This document shows, piece after piece, positions 23,066 to 37,000 of a stretch of DNA of 64,000 bases; the first letter of the stretch is position 1, and every line of letters starts with the position of its first letter. A program made the translations under genes and the position numbers. Origin of the DNA: Macrostomum lignano (lineage: Eukaryota); contig NIVC01001678.1 of NCBI GenBank assembly GCA_002269645.1, positions 62,001 through 126,000 on the forward strand, written 5' to 3'. The notes under the pieces were generated by a model. It was given only the letters and a program-made list of their open reading frames with translations, did not search any database and was not told the origin of the DNA.

Positions 23066-23941
23066 CTGGCAGTTGCTGGGCCAGCCTCCCAGATCGCCAG
23101 TTGCTGGGCCAGCCTCCCAGATCCTCAGTTGCTGGGCCAGCCTCCCAGATCGCCAGTTGCTGGGCCAGCCTCCCAGATCCTCAGTTGCTGGGCCAGCCTC
23201 CCAGATCCTCAGTTGCTGGGCCAGCCTCCCAGATCCCCAGTTGCTGAGCCAGCCTCCCAGATCCCCAGTTTCTGGGTAAGCCAGCCTCCCAGATCCTCAG
23301 TTGCTGGGCCAGCCTCCCAGATCCTCAGTTGCTGGGCCAGCCTCCCAGATCCCCAGTTGCTGAGCCAGCCTCCCAGATCCCCAGTTTCTGGGCCAGCATC
23401 CCAGATCCCCAGTTGCTGAGCCAGCCTCCCAGATCCCCAGTTGCTGAACCAGCCTCCCAGATCCCCAGTTGCTGGGCCAGCCTCCCAGATCCCCAGTTGC
23501 TGAACCAGCCTTCCAGATCCCCAGTTGCTGGGCCAGCCTCCCAGATCCTCAGTTGCTGGGCCAGCTTCTCAGATCCTCAGTTGCTGGGCCAGCCTCCCAG
23601 ATCCCCAGTTGCTGGGCCAGCATCCCAGATCCTCAGTTGCTGGGCCAGCATCCCAGATCCTCAGTTGCTGGGCCAGCATCCCAGATCCTCAGTTGCTGGG
23701 CCAGCCTCCCAGATCGCCAGTTGCTGGGCCAGCCTCCCAGATCCTCAGTTGCTGGGCCAGCCTCCCAGATCCCCAGTTGCTGGGCCAGCCTCCCAGATCG
23801 CCAGTTGCTGGGCCAGCCTCCCAGATCCCCAGTTGCTGGGCCAGCCTCCCAGATCCCCAGTTGCTGGGCCAGCCTCCCAGATCCTCAGTTGCTGGGCCAG
23901 CCTCCCAGATCCTCAGTTGCTGGGCCAGCATCCCAGATCGT
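23066..23941. repeat. 28-bp minisatellite array 2 (same unit)
   Basis: Same unit as array 1, separated from it by ~1.2 kb of unique DNA. Confidence 0.95.
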
Positions 23942-24749
23942 CAGCGTTTGCGTGTGCTAATTAATCTGATTACAATATTATCCAATAGAAACCCAGAGTG
24001 AAATTCACAACCTGTTTCATCAATATTATTTTTCATCGAGAAATTTTAAGCAGAATCAGCGCTGAAAGTTTTCATTTTTCGCTCCTTCATTTGTTAATTC
24101 CGCAATCTGATGCAGGCTGTTCTCTCTGCAAAATGTTTTGTTTTCGTCATCCGGTTATTCGCAGCCGCCGAGGTTGCGCGCACCGCTTGAATTACAAGTA
24201 TGATTTTTTCTCTTGGCAATGCTAATTTTATTCTGTGCTGTTTTTTTCTAATAGTATTTCATTCGTATTTATTAACACTATTGGCTACTGAATGGATAAT
24301 ATGTAAGTAGTAGATGTTCAATTTCTCAAGCTGCACCACTGTAGATACATGTGGCTACTTTTAAGACAGAAGGATTTGCATGTAAATTGTAAATTTTACA
24401 GCTCCAAAGCAAAATAAGAAAATTTGTTTTCGCGAATTCTCTGCTCCTTACATCTGTTCCTATGAGTAGCGTGATGTGACCGAACTATATATAGATATAT
24501 ATTATCAGCTGTGGCGGCCCTACTCTCGTTTGTGAAAAATTCTAATCTAATATAAATAATTATAATTCAGAGAATCAATTATTCAATTTTCTGTCTAATT
24601 TGTTTCAGTTTTGGCGGTGACCGTTAAACGCAAAATATACTCGCATAGTAAACACGTTCTACCCGCAATTTGCTGGCTGTCTCATCACATGTAGCTGCAT
24701 TGTGGACGCTTTTTTAATGTTTGTCATTTGTTCACTTTCATCCTGTGCC

Positions 24750-25652
24750 GCCAGCCTCCCACATCCTCAGTTGCTGGGCCAGCCTCCCAGATCCTCAGTT
24801 GCTGGGCCAGCCTTCCAGATCCTCAGTTGCTGGGCCAGCCTCCCAGATCCTCAGTTGCTGGGCCAGCCTCCCAGATCCTCAGTTGCTGGCCCAGCCTCCC
24901 AAATCCTAAGTGGCTGGGCCACTCCCAGATCCTCAGTTGCTGGGCCAGCCTCCCAGATCCTCAGTTGCTGGCCCAGCCTCCCAAATCCTAAGTGGCTGGG
25001 CCACTCCCAGATCCTCAGTTGCTGGGCCAGCATCCCAGATCCCCAGTTGCTGGGCCAGCCTCCCAGATCCTCAGTTGCTGGCCCAGCCTCCCAAATCCTA
25101 AGTGGCTGGGCCACTCCCAGATCCTCAGTTGCTGGGCCAGCATCCCAGATCCCCAGTTGCTGAGCCAGCCTCCCAGATCCCCAGTTGCTGGGCCAGCCTC
25201 CCAGATCCCCAGTTGCTGGGCCAGCCTCCCACATCCTCAGTTGCTGGGCCACTCCCAGATCTTCAAGTGCTGGGCCAGCCTCCCAGATCCCCAGTTGCTG
25301 GGCCAGCCTCCCAGACCCTCAGTTGCTGGGCCAGCCTCCCAGATCCTCAGTTGCTGGGCCAGCCTTCCAGATCCTCAGTTGCTGGGCCAGCCTCCCAGAT
25401 CCTCAGTTGCTGGGCCAGCCTTCCAGATCCTCAGTTGCTGGGCCAGCCTCCCAGATCCTCAGTTGCTGGGCCAGCCTCGCAGATCCCCAGTTGCGGGCCC
25501 AGCCTCCCAAATCCTAAGTGGCTGGGCCACTCCCAGATCCTCAGGTGCTGGGCCAGCCTCCCAGATCCTCAGTTGCTGGCCCAGCCTCTCAAATCCTAAG
25601 TGGCTGGGCCACTCCCAGATCCTCAGTTGCTGGGCCAGCCTCCCAGATCCCG
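24750..25652. repeat. 28-bp minisatellite array 3 (same unit plus cccaaatcctaagtggctgggccact variants)
   Basis: Same unit, separated from array 2 by ~0.8 kb of unique DNA. Confidence 0.95.
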
Positions 25653-27139
25653 TTGCCAGGCGGCCCATTCGGAAAGGACTAGCCAGCAAGAAGAGCCGTG
25701 CATCGGCAGCTGTGTGTGTATTCTGGCATCTCGTATCACTGCAGTAGCCGCATCTCTCAAACGAATCAGCAGATCTTGTTGTGTTAATTATAGTTATGCA
25801 TATTTTTATTTATTCATATATAAAAACGGAACTAGGCTTCGTAATGGCGTGTTAGTGTGCAAAAATATAAATACATGTACAGGTTTTAGATATGTTTCCA
25901 TTTTTTCACGCAAAGCAGACAAGCACAGTTTTTTAATGTAATTTTCTCCAAGTCAGCAATAGTTGAGCGATGACTGCATGAGGATTAATACGGATTTCTG
26001 AGACTTAATTGGACTGGAATTGGACTTTGAAGCAGACCAACGGCAACGAGGAGGGTAGTGGCAAAGCAAAAATTAAAACAAAAATTGAGCAGGGGAAAGG
26101 CTGATTGATCAGGTGCACAGCTATATACTCGTAATAAAAACAAATAATTCATTTCGTTAGTTATGACTGTAATTAAGGTAGTTTTGAAGGCAAACAGGAA
26201 ACACACTGCAGTCTGGAAGCCGCTGTGAAATGAACAAAGAAAAAGTTTCTAAACAAAACTCGAGATCGAACAACGCAAAATTACAAACAATGATTTATGA
26301 TTTATTATAATAGGATAGCATGGCTGTTGCACGCGGGGAAGCTAATGAAATTACCTGTATATGCAGCCCCTCCCAAACCGGTGATTATAATCGATAAAAA
26401 CGATGCTACGCAGAGAAAAACGCGCTCGCAACAAAATACTACTACTGCTACTACTATAAGTAATAAAAATAGCGAAGAAAAACTTATTGAAAAATTGTTT
26501 TCCTAACTAAGCTACTAAAATGTAGCAAAACATTTTGACTTTTAACGAGCCTTGCATATCGGATCAGGCACTTTCAAAGATTGACACAACCCACAGCGCT
26601 TATAGTACACAATGTACTTATAAATATGCATATATTTTAGCCACATTTACAGACAAAAGTACACGGGATGAAAGCGCACACGAAGCCGATTACATGCAAT
26701 ATTACTTAATCATAATAATATTTTAAGTAGTGCTTACTGTTCTATTCTTATAATACTTGCCAAGTTATAATACATAGGCATTATTAGAAAATAGAAAAAA
26801 AGATGTTCAATTTTTTTAAATGAATATATTGTGCTTGTAATTTATTTTTCAATAAAAATCATCAGCTAGCTACTGTTAGTAACACAAGTTGGATTCGGGG
26901 GTAAGCACACAGTTTAATCAAATTTTAATTACAGTTAAGAATTTAAATTAAAAAAAGTTTAATTTGGTGCTAATCACAGCACCGGGCCAGCCGGGACTCA
27001 GGCTAGGATAGCGGGGGCAAAGAAAGCCTGAAGCAATTATAAGTACTTTTCAATTGATGGCGAATGCAAATTAAAACAAAATATAGAGCAGATTTAATTT
27101 TTGCGTTTGTGAATCGGGGTGCCTTATTAGCGATATGGG

Positions 27140-27920
27140 TAGCTGGTTCCTCAATCTTCAGTCCTACATAGTCCTACATGGTTCCCTAACCATCAGTTCC
27201 TCAATGGAAGCTGGTTCCCTAACCATCAGTTCCTCAATGGAAGCTGGTTCCCTAACCATCAGTTCCTCAATGGAAGCTGGTTCCCTAACCATCAGTTCCT
27301 AAATGGAAGCTGGTTCCCTAACCATCAGTTCCTCAATGGAAGCTGGTTCCTTAACCATCAGTTCCTCAATGGAAGCTGGTTCCTTAACCATCAGTTCCTC
27401 AATGGAAGCTGGTTCCCTAACCATCAGTTCCTCAATGGAAGCTGGTTCCTTAACCATCAGTTCCTCAATGGAAGCTGGTTCCCTAACCATCAGTTCCTCA
27501 ATGGAAGCTGGTTCCTTAACCATCAGTTCCTCAATGGAAGCTGGTTCCTTAACCATCAGTTCCTCAATGGAAGCTGGTTCCTTAACCATCAGTTCCTCAA
27601 TGGAAGCTGGTTCCTTAACCATCAGTTCCTCAATGGAAGCTGGTTTCTTAATTCTCAGTTTCTCACGGAAGCTGGTTCCTTAACCATCAGTTCCTCAATG
27701 GAAGCTGGTTCCTTAACCATCAGTTCCTCAATGGAAGCTGGTTTCTTAATTCTCAGTTTCTCACGGAAGCTGTTTCCTCAATCCTCAGTGGAAGCTGGTT
27801 CCTCAATCCTCAGTTCCGCATGGAAGCTGGATCCTCAATCTTCAGTTCCTCAACGGAAGCTGGATCCCCAATCCTCAGTTCCTCAATGGAAGCTGGTTCC
27901 TCAATCTTCAGTTTCAAACT
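27140..27920. repeat. 33-bp minisatellite (ggaagctggttccttaaccatcagttcctcaat)
   Basis: Tandem units just downstream of the ROCK stop codon. Confidence 0.95.
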
Positions 27921-28059
27921 TAATAGCAAAAATTATTAAAAACCCAGTAAAACAGAAGAAGCAGCCAAGGCCACTCTAAAGATAAATTCACGCATCAGAG
28001 TATCGTTGCAAAATCTCAACAGACACCTTGAACAGAAGAGAATTGAACAAATCAATCAA

Positions 28060-31000
28060 TCAAAAATTGCTGTTACTAAACGAAGACTCACGATTGAGTG
28101 TGCCGCCCTTGCCCCGGCCGCTGCTATAGTGCTCCTTGTGCCGGTTCGGCCGGACACTGTCCAGCGCCTTCACCCGGCGCTCAATCTCCTTCACCCAGCG
28201 GGCCATCTCCGCGTCGCTGCCGGCCAACAGCAGCAGACTCTTGGCCTCATCGTAGACTTTGCAGTGATGGATTGGCCGGTCGGCCAGTTCCACGTGGTCC
28301 CGATGGATCCTGGTGTGACACTGACGGCATTCCAGAGCCGGCGGCGGGTTCAACACGGCGAAGCACGGCTTGGCGCACACGTCGCAATGGGTTGGCATCC
28401 GGTAGGTGATTGGCACGAATTTGTGCCCATTGTGCAGCACCATCAGAGAGCTGGAGTCTGGGCCGCCGGCGCCGCCACCTGCCGCGCTGCCAGATTTCAC
28501 CTCGCGAGACACTTTGTCCTTGGCCTCGCCGTCAGCTTCGTACAGCAGCTGGCAGGGGGGAGTGCGGGCGGTGGCTGGCATTGGGGTTGGCTCTGGGCCA
28601 AGCTGTGTGGCATTGGGTTTGGCTCTGGGCCAAGCTGTGTGGCATTGGGTTTGGCTCTGGGCCAAGCTGTGTGGCATTAGGGGGGCTATTTATAAGCCAC
28701 AGGTAGGATTTGGGGCGATTTTGAAGCCACAGGTAGGATTTGGGGCGATTTTGAAGCCACAGGTAGGATTTGGGGCGATATTTAAGCCACAGGTAGGACT
28801 TGAGACAATTATTATTCATAGATAAGGGTATTTCCTCTGCCTTAGATACTTTAGGCTCATTTATCCATTTCTTTGAATCAAGAACACACACGACAAGCCC
28901 CCCCCCCCCCCGGAAGAAAGCCGCACGCACCTGCAGAATCCTTGGGATATCCTTCTTATCAGCGTGCAAAGCGTCATTCTGCGTGATGGGTCTGGCATGG
29001 AAAATCTTGGCCAACTCCAGCACCATGGCCGGGCGCTCCTGGGAGTCCTTCTCCTCCTTAGTCCGATAGAAGGCCACGCTGCGCTGGCTGACAACAACGT
29101 AGCGCTCCTCGAATGCCAGATTACCGCGGCGGCGATTGGCCTTGGGCACCGATAGAAAGCCTTCCCAGTTGCTGGCGCCTGGCAACTCAATAGATGACAG
29201 GGTAGCCGTGTCCGAGGCTGTAGTGGACGCGGCGCCACCAGTGGCCGTCCGATTGTCCGACGATGCCACGGAAAAGGTGTCCACATGCGAAGAGTTGGCC
29301 AGGCGCCGTTCGTATTCTTCAATCATGGACTCCCTCTGCTCCAGCACGAGTTGCAGTTCCTGCAGTTCGACTTGCATCCGGTCAAGATTGACTCGCAGGT
29401 CTTGAATTTCTACATCTTTCTGTTCCACTTTGCGGCGATGAATTTCGCGTTCGCGTTTCAGCTCGGCGTCCAGCTCCCTGCGGCGATTGGGTAGACAGGA
29501 CGCTAGCGATTAGAATCTATGATGCTCAAGTTCTCAACATCTATTCGGGTGCCCGCAGCCCTCCTTTGTCTGTTTGCTTTCTTTGAAAGCTATAGTTGGT
29601 AACTTTGACTGGAATATCGCAACAATTAGACTCTCATCTCTAAAAATAATTGTGTGTGATAGCAAATAAAACCTAAATATGTGGGCCGGAACTCACCCAG
29701 TCAATCAAACAATGAATGAATGAATGAATGAATGAATGAATAAATCAATGAATGAATGAATAAATCAATCAATTAATAAATCAAATAATCAATAAATTAA
29801 TAAACCAATCAATGAAAAAATCAATGAATCATCGAATGAACTAATCAATGAATGAATGAATCAATCAATCAATATCAATGAATCAATAAATCATCGAATG
29901 AACCAATCAATGAATGAATAACTGAATTAATCAATGAATTAATAAATCAATCAATAAATCAAACAATAAATCAATAAATTAATACAACAATCAATGAACC
30001 GATCAATGAATCATCGAATGAACCAATCAATTAATCAATCAATAAACCAATCAATGAATCAATCAATATGAATGAATCAATAAATCATCGAATGAACCAA
30101 TCAATAAATAAATAAATTAATGATCTAATCAATAAATGAATGCATGAATTGATCAATGAATCAATGAATATACAATTCAATCAATCAAATAATCAGCAAA
30201 CGCAGATTCAACTCAAAGTCGTAAAAAGATTTCTATCCATGCTACATGCTACTACTTGCAAGTAGTCTCACTCACCTAGCCTTCCTGTTGCTCTGACCCC
30301 GCCTGCCGCTGTCCATAGCGTCGGACCGCGCAGCCTTCTGCACCGTAGGGTCCTGCATCAGCCGGATCAGTTTATTCACCGCTTCGTTCTTCAGCACGGC
30401 CTCCTCGCTCACGCGCTTCTTCAACGAGGTCACCTCGGCCAGCAGGGCGGATTTGTCGGACTCCAGACTGGTGATCTGCTGGCTGAGCTGACTCAGCTGC
30501 TGCTCAACTGACTCCTTCTGCTTAGCCAGCTCTGAGCAGGCGTCCGCGTGTTTGTCCCGCTCGAGTTCCAGCAGCAGCAGGCGGCGCTCCTGTTCGGTTT
30601 TCTGAGTTTGCAAAGCGTTGCGCGCCGACTTCTCGGCCTGCAGCTCGTCCTCAGTGGCTTTGGCCGAGGAGCGAAGCTTGGCAGCCTCGGCCGCTAGCGA
30701 GTCCTTCTCGGCTTTCAGCGCCTCCGCCTCTTTGGCTGACTCTTTCTTCAGCTCGTCCAGCTCGGTCTTGTACAGCTCCAGGAAGCAGCAGTCCGTGTCG
30801 TATTTCTCGCCCAGCTCTTTTAGTTCGTTGGTCTTCTGCTTCAGTCTGGGTTGCGGATAAGGGTGGGGAAGGATTGTGGACATGGGGTCACAAATCCGGC
30901 ACTTTCGGGTCACCAATCACACTGAGGTCACGAACCCGGCAGTCTCGGGTCACCAATCACACTGAGGTCACAAATCCGGCACTCTCGGGTCACCAATCTC

Positions 31001-34000
31001 ACTGAGGTCACGAACCCGACACTCTCGGGTCACCAATCTCACTGAGGTCACGAACCCGACACTCTCGGGTCACCAATCTCACTGAGGTCACGAACCCGAC
31101 ACTCTCGGGTCACCAATCTCACTGAGGTCACGAACCCGACACTCTCGGGTCACCAATCTCACTGAGGTCACGGACCCGACACTCTCGGGTCACCAATCTC
31201 ACTGAGGTCACGAACCCGACACTCTCGGGTCACCAATCTCACTGAGGTCACGAACCCGGCACTCACCTATCCGCCAGTTTTTTGTGCTGCGCCGCCTGAG
31301 CATCGTGGCGCTCCTTCAGACTCGCCAGCTCCGCCTCCAGCTCGCCGATCCGGGTGCGCCCGGCCGCTATCTCGGCTTCGCCCGCCCGCTGCCGCTGCCG
31401 CTCCTCGGCCAGCTGTCCGGCCAGTTCCAGTTCGCGATCTCTGGCCTTCCGCAGCTCGGCCTGCACGCCGGAAAGCTGCTCGTTGGCTCTGGCCAGCTCG
31501 ACGGACAGCTCCTGCTTAGCGGATTCGCTGCGATCCTTGGCCACGGCCTCCAGTTCAGCCTGGCGCAGCCGCCGGTCCAGCTCGTCTTTCTGGTGCTCCA
31601 GTTCGGCGGCCTGCTTGCGCAGCGCCTCCTTCTCGTCGCGTACGGAGCGCAGCTCCTGTTGAAGATCGCGCGTCTCGGCCTGGTGGCCGGACAGAAGCTC
31701 CTGACGCTCCTGAGAGTGCCTGGAAAATTTTTATTGAAAGACGCATGTAGATGCATTCTACTTACAGTAGAATATTAGCTAGTTAAAAGATGATAAAAAG
31801 AATACAATTGAAGTACACATAGACCTTGGAAATTATGGTCACTACCCCGAGTAGGGGAGGAGGTCACGACCATGTGAATAGTGTCAGGTCACAATGTTGT
31901 GAATAGTGTCAGGTCACAATGTTGTGAATAGTGTCAGGTCACAATGTTGTGAATAGTGTCAGGTCACAATGTTGTGAATAGTGTCAGGTCACAACCTTGT
32001 GAATAGTTTCAGGAGTCAGTACAGGGGTCATGACCTTGTGAATAGTTTCAGGAGTCAGTACAGGGGTCATGATCTTGTGAATAGTTTCAGGAGTCAGTGC
32101 AGGAGGGGTCATGACCTGGAAGAAAATGAGAGGCCTCAATCTTAACAAAGTAGGCTTACTTGGCCTCAGCCTGCCGCACCCGCTCCTCCAATTCGGTTTT
32201 GCTCTTCTCCAGACTGGCTAACTGAGCTCGCAGATCTTCCAATTCCAGCATTGCCGCCTCTTTCTCGGCTGTTAAAGCTTTCAAAGTTAACTCGGCGTTG
32301 CGCAGAGCGGCGCGCTCGTCGTCCAGCTGGCGGCGCAGCTGCTCGGCCTGCTGTCCGGCGTCGCGAAGCTTCGCCAAGGCCGCGTCGGCCTCCTGGTGCA
32401 GCCGCTGGGACTCGTCCTCGGCTTGTCTGCAATGATGAAGCCATGGCCAATACTCAGCCTCAATTTGAGCCCCTACTCAGCCTCAATCTGAGCCCCTACT
32501 CAGCCTCAATCTGAGACCCTACTCAGCCTCAATCTGAGACCCTACTCAGCCTCAATCTGAGCCTCTACTCAGTCTCAATCGGAGCCCCTACTCAGCCTCA
32601 ATCTGAGCCCCTACTCAGCCTCAATCTGAGCCCCTACTCAGCCTCAATCTGAGACCCTACTCAGCCTCAATCTGAGCCTCTACTCAGTCTCAATCGGAGC
32701 CCCTACTCAGCCTCAATCTGAGCCTCTACTCAGTCTCAATCGGAGCCCCTACTCAGCCTCAATCGGAGCCCCTACTCAGCCTCAATCGGAGCCCCTACTC
32801 AACCTCAATCTGAGCCTCTACTCAGCCTCAATCTGAGCCTCTACTCAGTCTCAATCGGAGCCCCTACTCAGCCTCAATCTGAGATCCTACTCAACCTCAA
32901 TCTGAGCCCCTACTCAGCCTCAATCTAAATCCCAGCCTGAAATCCTGGCCCCCAGCCTATCCCCAGACAACGCACCTAAGCGAGTTCAGCTGAGCCTCCA
33001 GCCGCGACTTTTCCTGCCGCAGGTTGTGCAGCGAAGTCTCAGCCTCCATGAGGCCCAGCTTAGCTTTGGACTCGGCCTCCCTTAGCCGGCTAATCTCGGC
33101 GGACAGCGCCTGCTCTTTGGCGCGCAATCTGTCCAATTCGTCGCCATTGGCGCCCGCGCCGGCGCCGGCTCCAACATTGGCGCCGCCGGCTATAGCGCCG
33201 GCGCCACCGCCTGCGCCCGCGGCGCCGCCTCCGCTGCCGCTGAACCATTGCTGCTGACGAAACGAGAAACCAATAAACGGTAAATTGCCGCCCTGATAGG
33301 CCTTGGGCTCGCTCTCCAACAACTCCCTATTAGCTTTTCTAGACGGCTCCGGATCGTCGACAAAAAAATAGCGCGTGTCGATGTCGGATGTCAGCTCGAT
33401 TGGAAACGGCGCGTCAATAGCCCGGATTCGATCCCAGGTCCATTGGGAATTAACAAAGAAATTGTGATTCTTCACATCTTTAGCCAGACGCAATCGTTTA
33501 GTTCGCTCTTCAAGCAGCTGGCGAACAATGTCCAGGCAAGTCTTCGAAAGTTCCTGCGGCAGGCCTTCGTCGAGTCGTTTCTGCAACGAATTCTTGTGAT
33601 CCATGATGCAGCTGTAGGTCTCCAGAAGGTCGTCTCCAGCGAATGGAGTGTAGCCGCAGACCAGTTCGAATAGCACTACGCCGACGCTCCACCAGTCGAC
33701 TTCAAAGGAGTAGGTGCTGGACTTGCCCTGATTGGTGAGCATCTCCGGGCAGATGTAATCCGGCGTGCCGATCGTAGTCGAAGTGGTCACAGTTTTAGTT
33801 TTCGGATCGAGCCGAACTGCGGTGCCGAAATCCGCCAGTTTGAGATGCCCGCGCGAGTCCAGCAAGCAGTTCTCCGGCTTGACGTCGCGATGAACGAAGC
33901 CCAAATCGTGGAGAGCCTCCAGTGCCAGCACCAGCTCGGCAATGTAGAACCGGGCCGTGTTCTCCGGCAGACAGGGCGAGTCCTCGTCCTCTGGCAGCAG

Positions 34001-37000
34001 GGCGGTCATGTCGCCGCCTTGCAGGAACTCCATCGCCATGTACAGGTACTTCTCGTCCTGGGATTGGTGGCGGTTGTGGCGGAAGACTGGAAGGCTGCAA
34101 CGCTACGCTATGGATCAAAACAGACTTGAAGGGGGAACAAGGAGGGTTATAATATGTATATGTAGATTATGGGATCAAACTAGGTTATGGGATCATAGTT
34201 GGGGATGGGATCAGAGTGGGATATGGGATCAAAGTAGGTTACGGGATCAGAGTAGGTTATGGGATCAAAGTAGCTGGTTATGGGATCAGAGAAGAATATG
34301 GGATCAGATTAGGTTATAGGAGCAGAGTAGGTTAAGGGATCAAAGTAGCTGGTTATGGGATCAGAGAAGGTTATGGGATCAGATTAGGTTATAGGAGCAG
34401 AGTAGGTTATAGGATCAGAGTAGGTTATGGGATCAAAGTAGGTTATAGGATCAAAGTAGGTTATAGGATCAGAGTAGGTTATGGGATCAAAGTAGGTTAT
34501 AGGATCAGAGTAGGTTATGGAATCAAAGTAGGTTATAGGATCGGAGTAGGTTATGGGATCAGAGTAGGTTATGGGATCAAAGTAGGTTATAGGATCAGAG
34601 TAGGTTATGGGATCAAAGTAGGTTATAGGATCAAAGTAGGTTATAGGATCAGAGTAGGTTATGGGATCAAAATAGGTTATAGGATCAGAGTAGGTTATGG
34701 GATCAAAGTAGGTTATAGGATCGGAGTAGGTTATGGGATCAGAGTAGGTTATGGGATCAAAGTAGGTTATGGGATCAGAGTAGGTTATGGGATCAAAGTA
34801 GGTTATGGGATCAAAATAGGTTATAGGATCAGAATAGGCTATGGGATCAGAGAAGGTTATGGGGTCAGAATAGGCTATGGGATCAGAAGGTTATGAGATC
34901 AGAGTATGTTATGGGATCAGAAAAGGTTATCGTATCAGAGTAAATTATGAGATTGAGTTATCATACCAAGCTCGGGGACCATATAAAAGTACACAACAGA
35001 CGCATAAATTCGCACCTGAAACGCATAGTGCAGCTGCACAATCCAGTCAGAATTAGACGTGGCCATAATTTCTCGTTCCTCCCAGAAAAACGTGGACTCG
35101 CTCCGTTTGAGCACGTCCGCCTTGCTCAACAGTTTCAAAGCGAACAGCTGCTGCGAGTCTTTCTTTCTAACTAATTGCACCTCGCCGTAGGCGCCTCGTC
35201 CAATCACTTTGATCAGCTCGAAGTCCGTGTATCGAATCCGCCAGCGCTTGATCTGCTTGGACAGGTCCTCGTACCTGCGAGGGTGGAGTTGGTGACGGTG
35301 GGTTGGAGTGACGTCACTTTTCTAACTAGCCTTGTGACCCCGTGCTTGCATAGGTCACTTAGACCCACTGAAGGACCTGGGGAAATGGCGGTAGACCCAC
35401 TGAAGTGCCTGAGGAAATGGCGGTAGACCCACTGAAGGGCCTGAGGAAATGGCGGTAGACCCACTGAAGTGCCTGAGGAAATGGCGGAAGACCCACTGAA
35501 AGACCTGAGGAAATGGTGGTAGACCCACTGAAAGACCTGAGGAAATGGTGGTAGACCCACTGAAAGACCTGAGGAAATGGTGGTAGACCCACTGAAAGAC
35601 CTGAGGAAATGGTGGTAGACCCACTGAAAGACCTGAGGAAATGGTGGTAGACCCACTGAAAGACCTGAGGAAATGGTGGTAGACCCATTGAATGAACTGA
35701 AATTCCTGTAGTTAATAGATTTCTTACTGGAAACACGCTAATAATAGTATCATAGCGCGAGAGTAAATAACGCAAAATTATAAAAATAATCTAAATTTTA
35801 CTTATACTTCAAAAGACAAATTTATCACATAAAAGCAGAGGGCCCAGCATAAAGCATACGACCTTGGATAGAAGCAGAGAAAAGATCCAATTATTTGCCA
35901 GATTTATTTGAATAATGAAAAAATAGAAGAAGACTTAGACTGGCTGCAGGCAAGCACATCTAGGAAAGTTCCTCTCGCTACACAGCGATAGCAAAAGCAG
36001 AAATTTTAAAGAAATTATTGTAATTACTATTTTTATTAAGAGACCCAAGTTTGCGACTCTACAAACTTAAGCCGATGAGCGAAATTTGTGCTAAGCTAGA
36101 AGATATTGCGCATCGCAGGCTGAAATATCATAATTCTTTATATATTTTCTTTGTTGCTAAGCCGTTAGTTTAGGAAATTAGTTTACAAAATCAAATTCGT
36201 GACACCAGAGCAGATCGCTTTCTTTACCCTAAAGCGGAACTGGTTATTATCCGTTTCCTATCATTCTTGCTCGAACCAAAAAAGAGTAACTAAGCTTAAT
36301 ACAACAGTAATGACCCTGGACTGCCAACTGCCTCAGAGGGGCAGGCAAGAAAGAACGCTTAGATACCAGACTAGCATTGCAGGCCAATTAACAAACACAA
36401 GCGCCGGGCGAATTCTTGAAATAAATTGGGGCAGACTAGAACAGCGGCTAAGGCAACAGCGGCTGCATGGATACGAGATATATTGCATGGCCTCTAATGC
36501 ATTGTGCGTGCGTTTCCAATGTACTTTTATTCTAACACATTTGGGAAGCTTAGGGACGTATGGGAAGGACTGAGAGACCATAAACCAATCCACTGTCGAA
36601 GTCTATTGCGGCTAAACTGAGGACTCGGGAAGCAAATGGCGCTAAACTGAGAACTCTGGAACCAGATGGCGCTAAACTGAGGACTCGGGAAGCAAATGGC
36701 GCTAAACTGAGAACTCGGGAAGCAAATGGCGCTAAACTGAGGACTCGGGAAGCAAATGGCGCCAAACTGAGAACTCTGGAACCAGATGGCGCTAAACTGA
36801 GAACTCGGGAAGCAAATGGCGCTAAACTGAGGACTCGGAAAGCAAATGGCGCCAAACTGAGGACTCGGAAAGCAAATGGCGCCAAACTGAGGACTCGGGA
36901 AGCAAATGGCGCCAAACTGAGGACTCGGGAAGCAAATGGCGCCAAACTGAGGACTCGGAAAGCAAATGGCGCCAAACTGAGGACTCGGGAAGCAAATGGC

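Noticed and set aside
21408-25941. Many ASQIPSCW / LLGQPPRS ORFs
   Set aside because: Translations of the 28-bp arrays cycling through frames.
28006-34129. + strand ORFs overlapping ROCK exons (for example 28006-28680, 31284-31778)
   Set aside because: Antisense shadows of GC-rich coding exons with no recognisable motifs.
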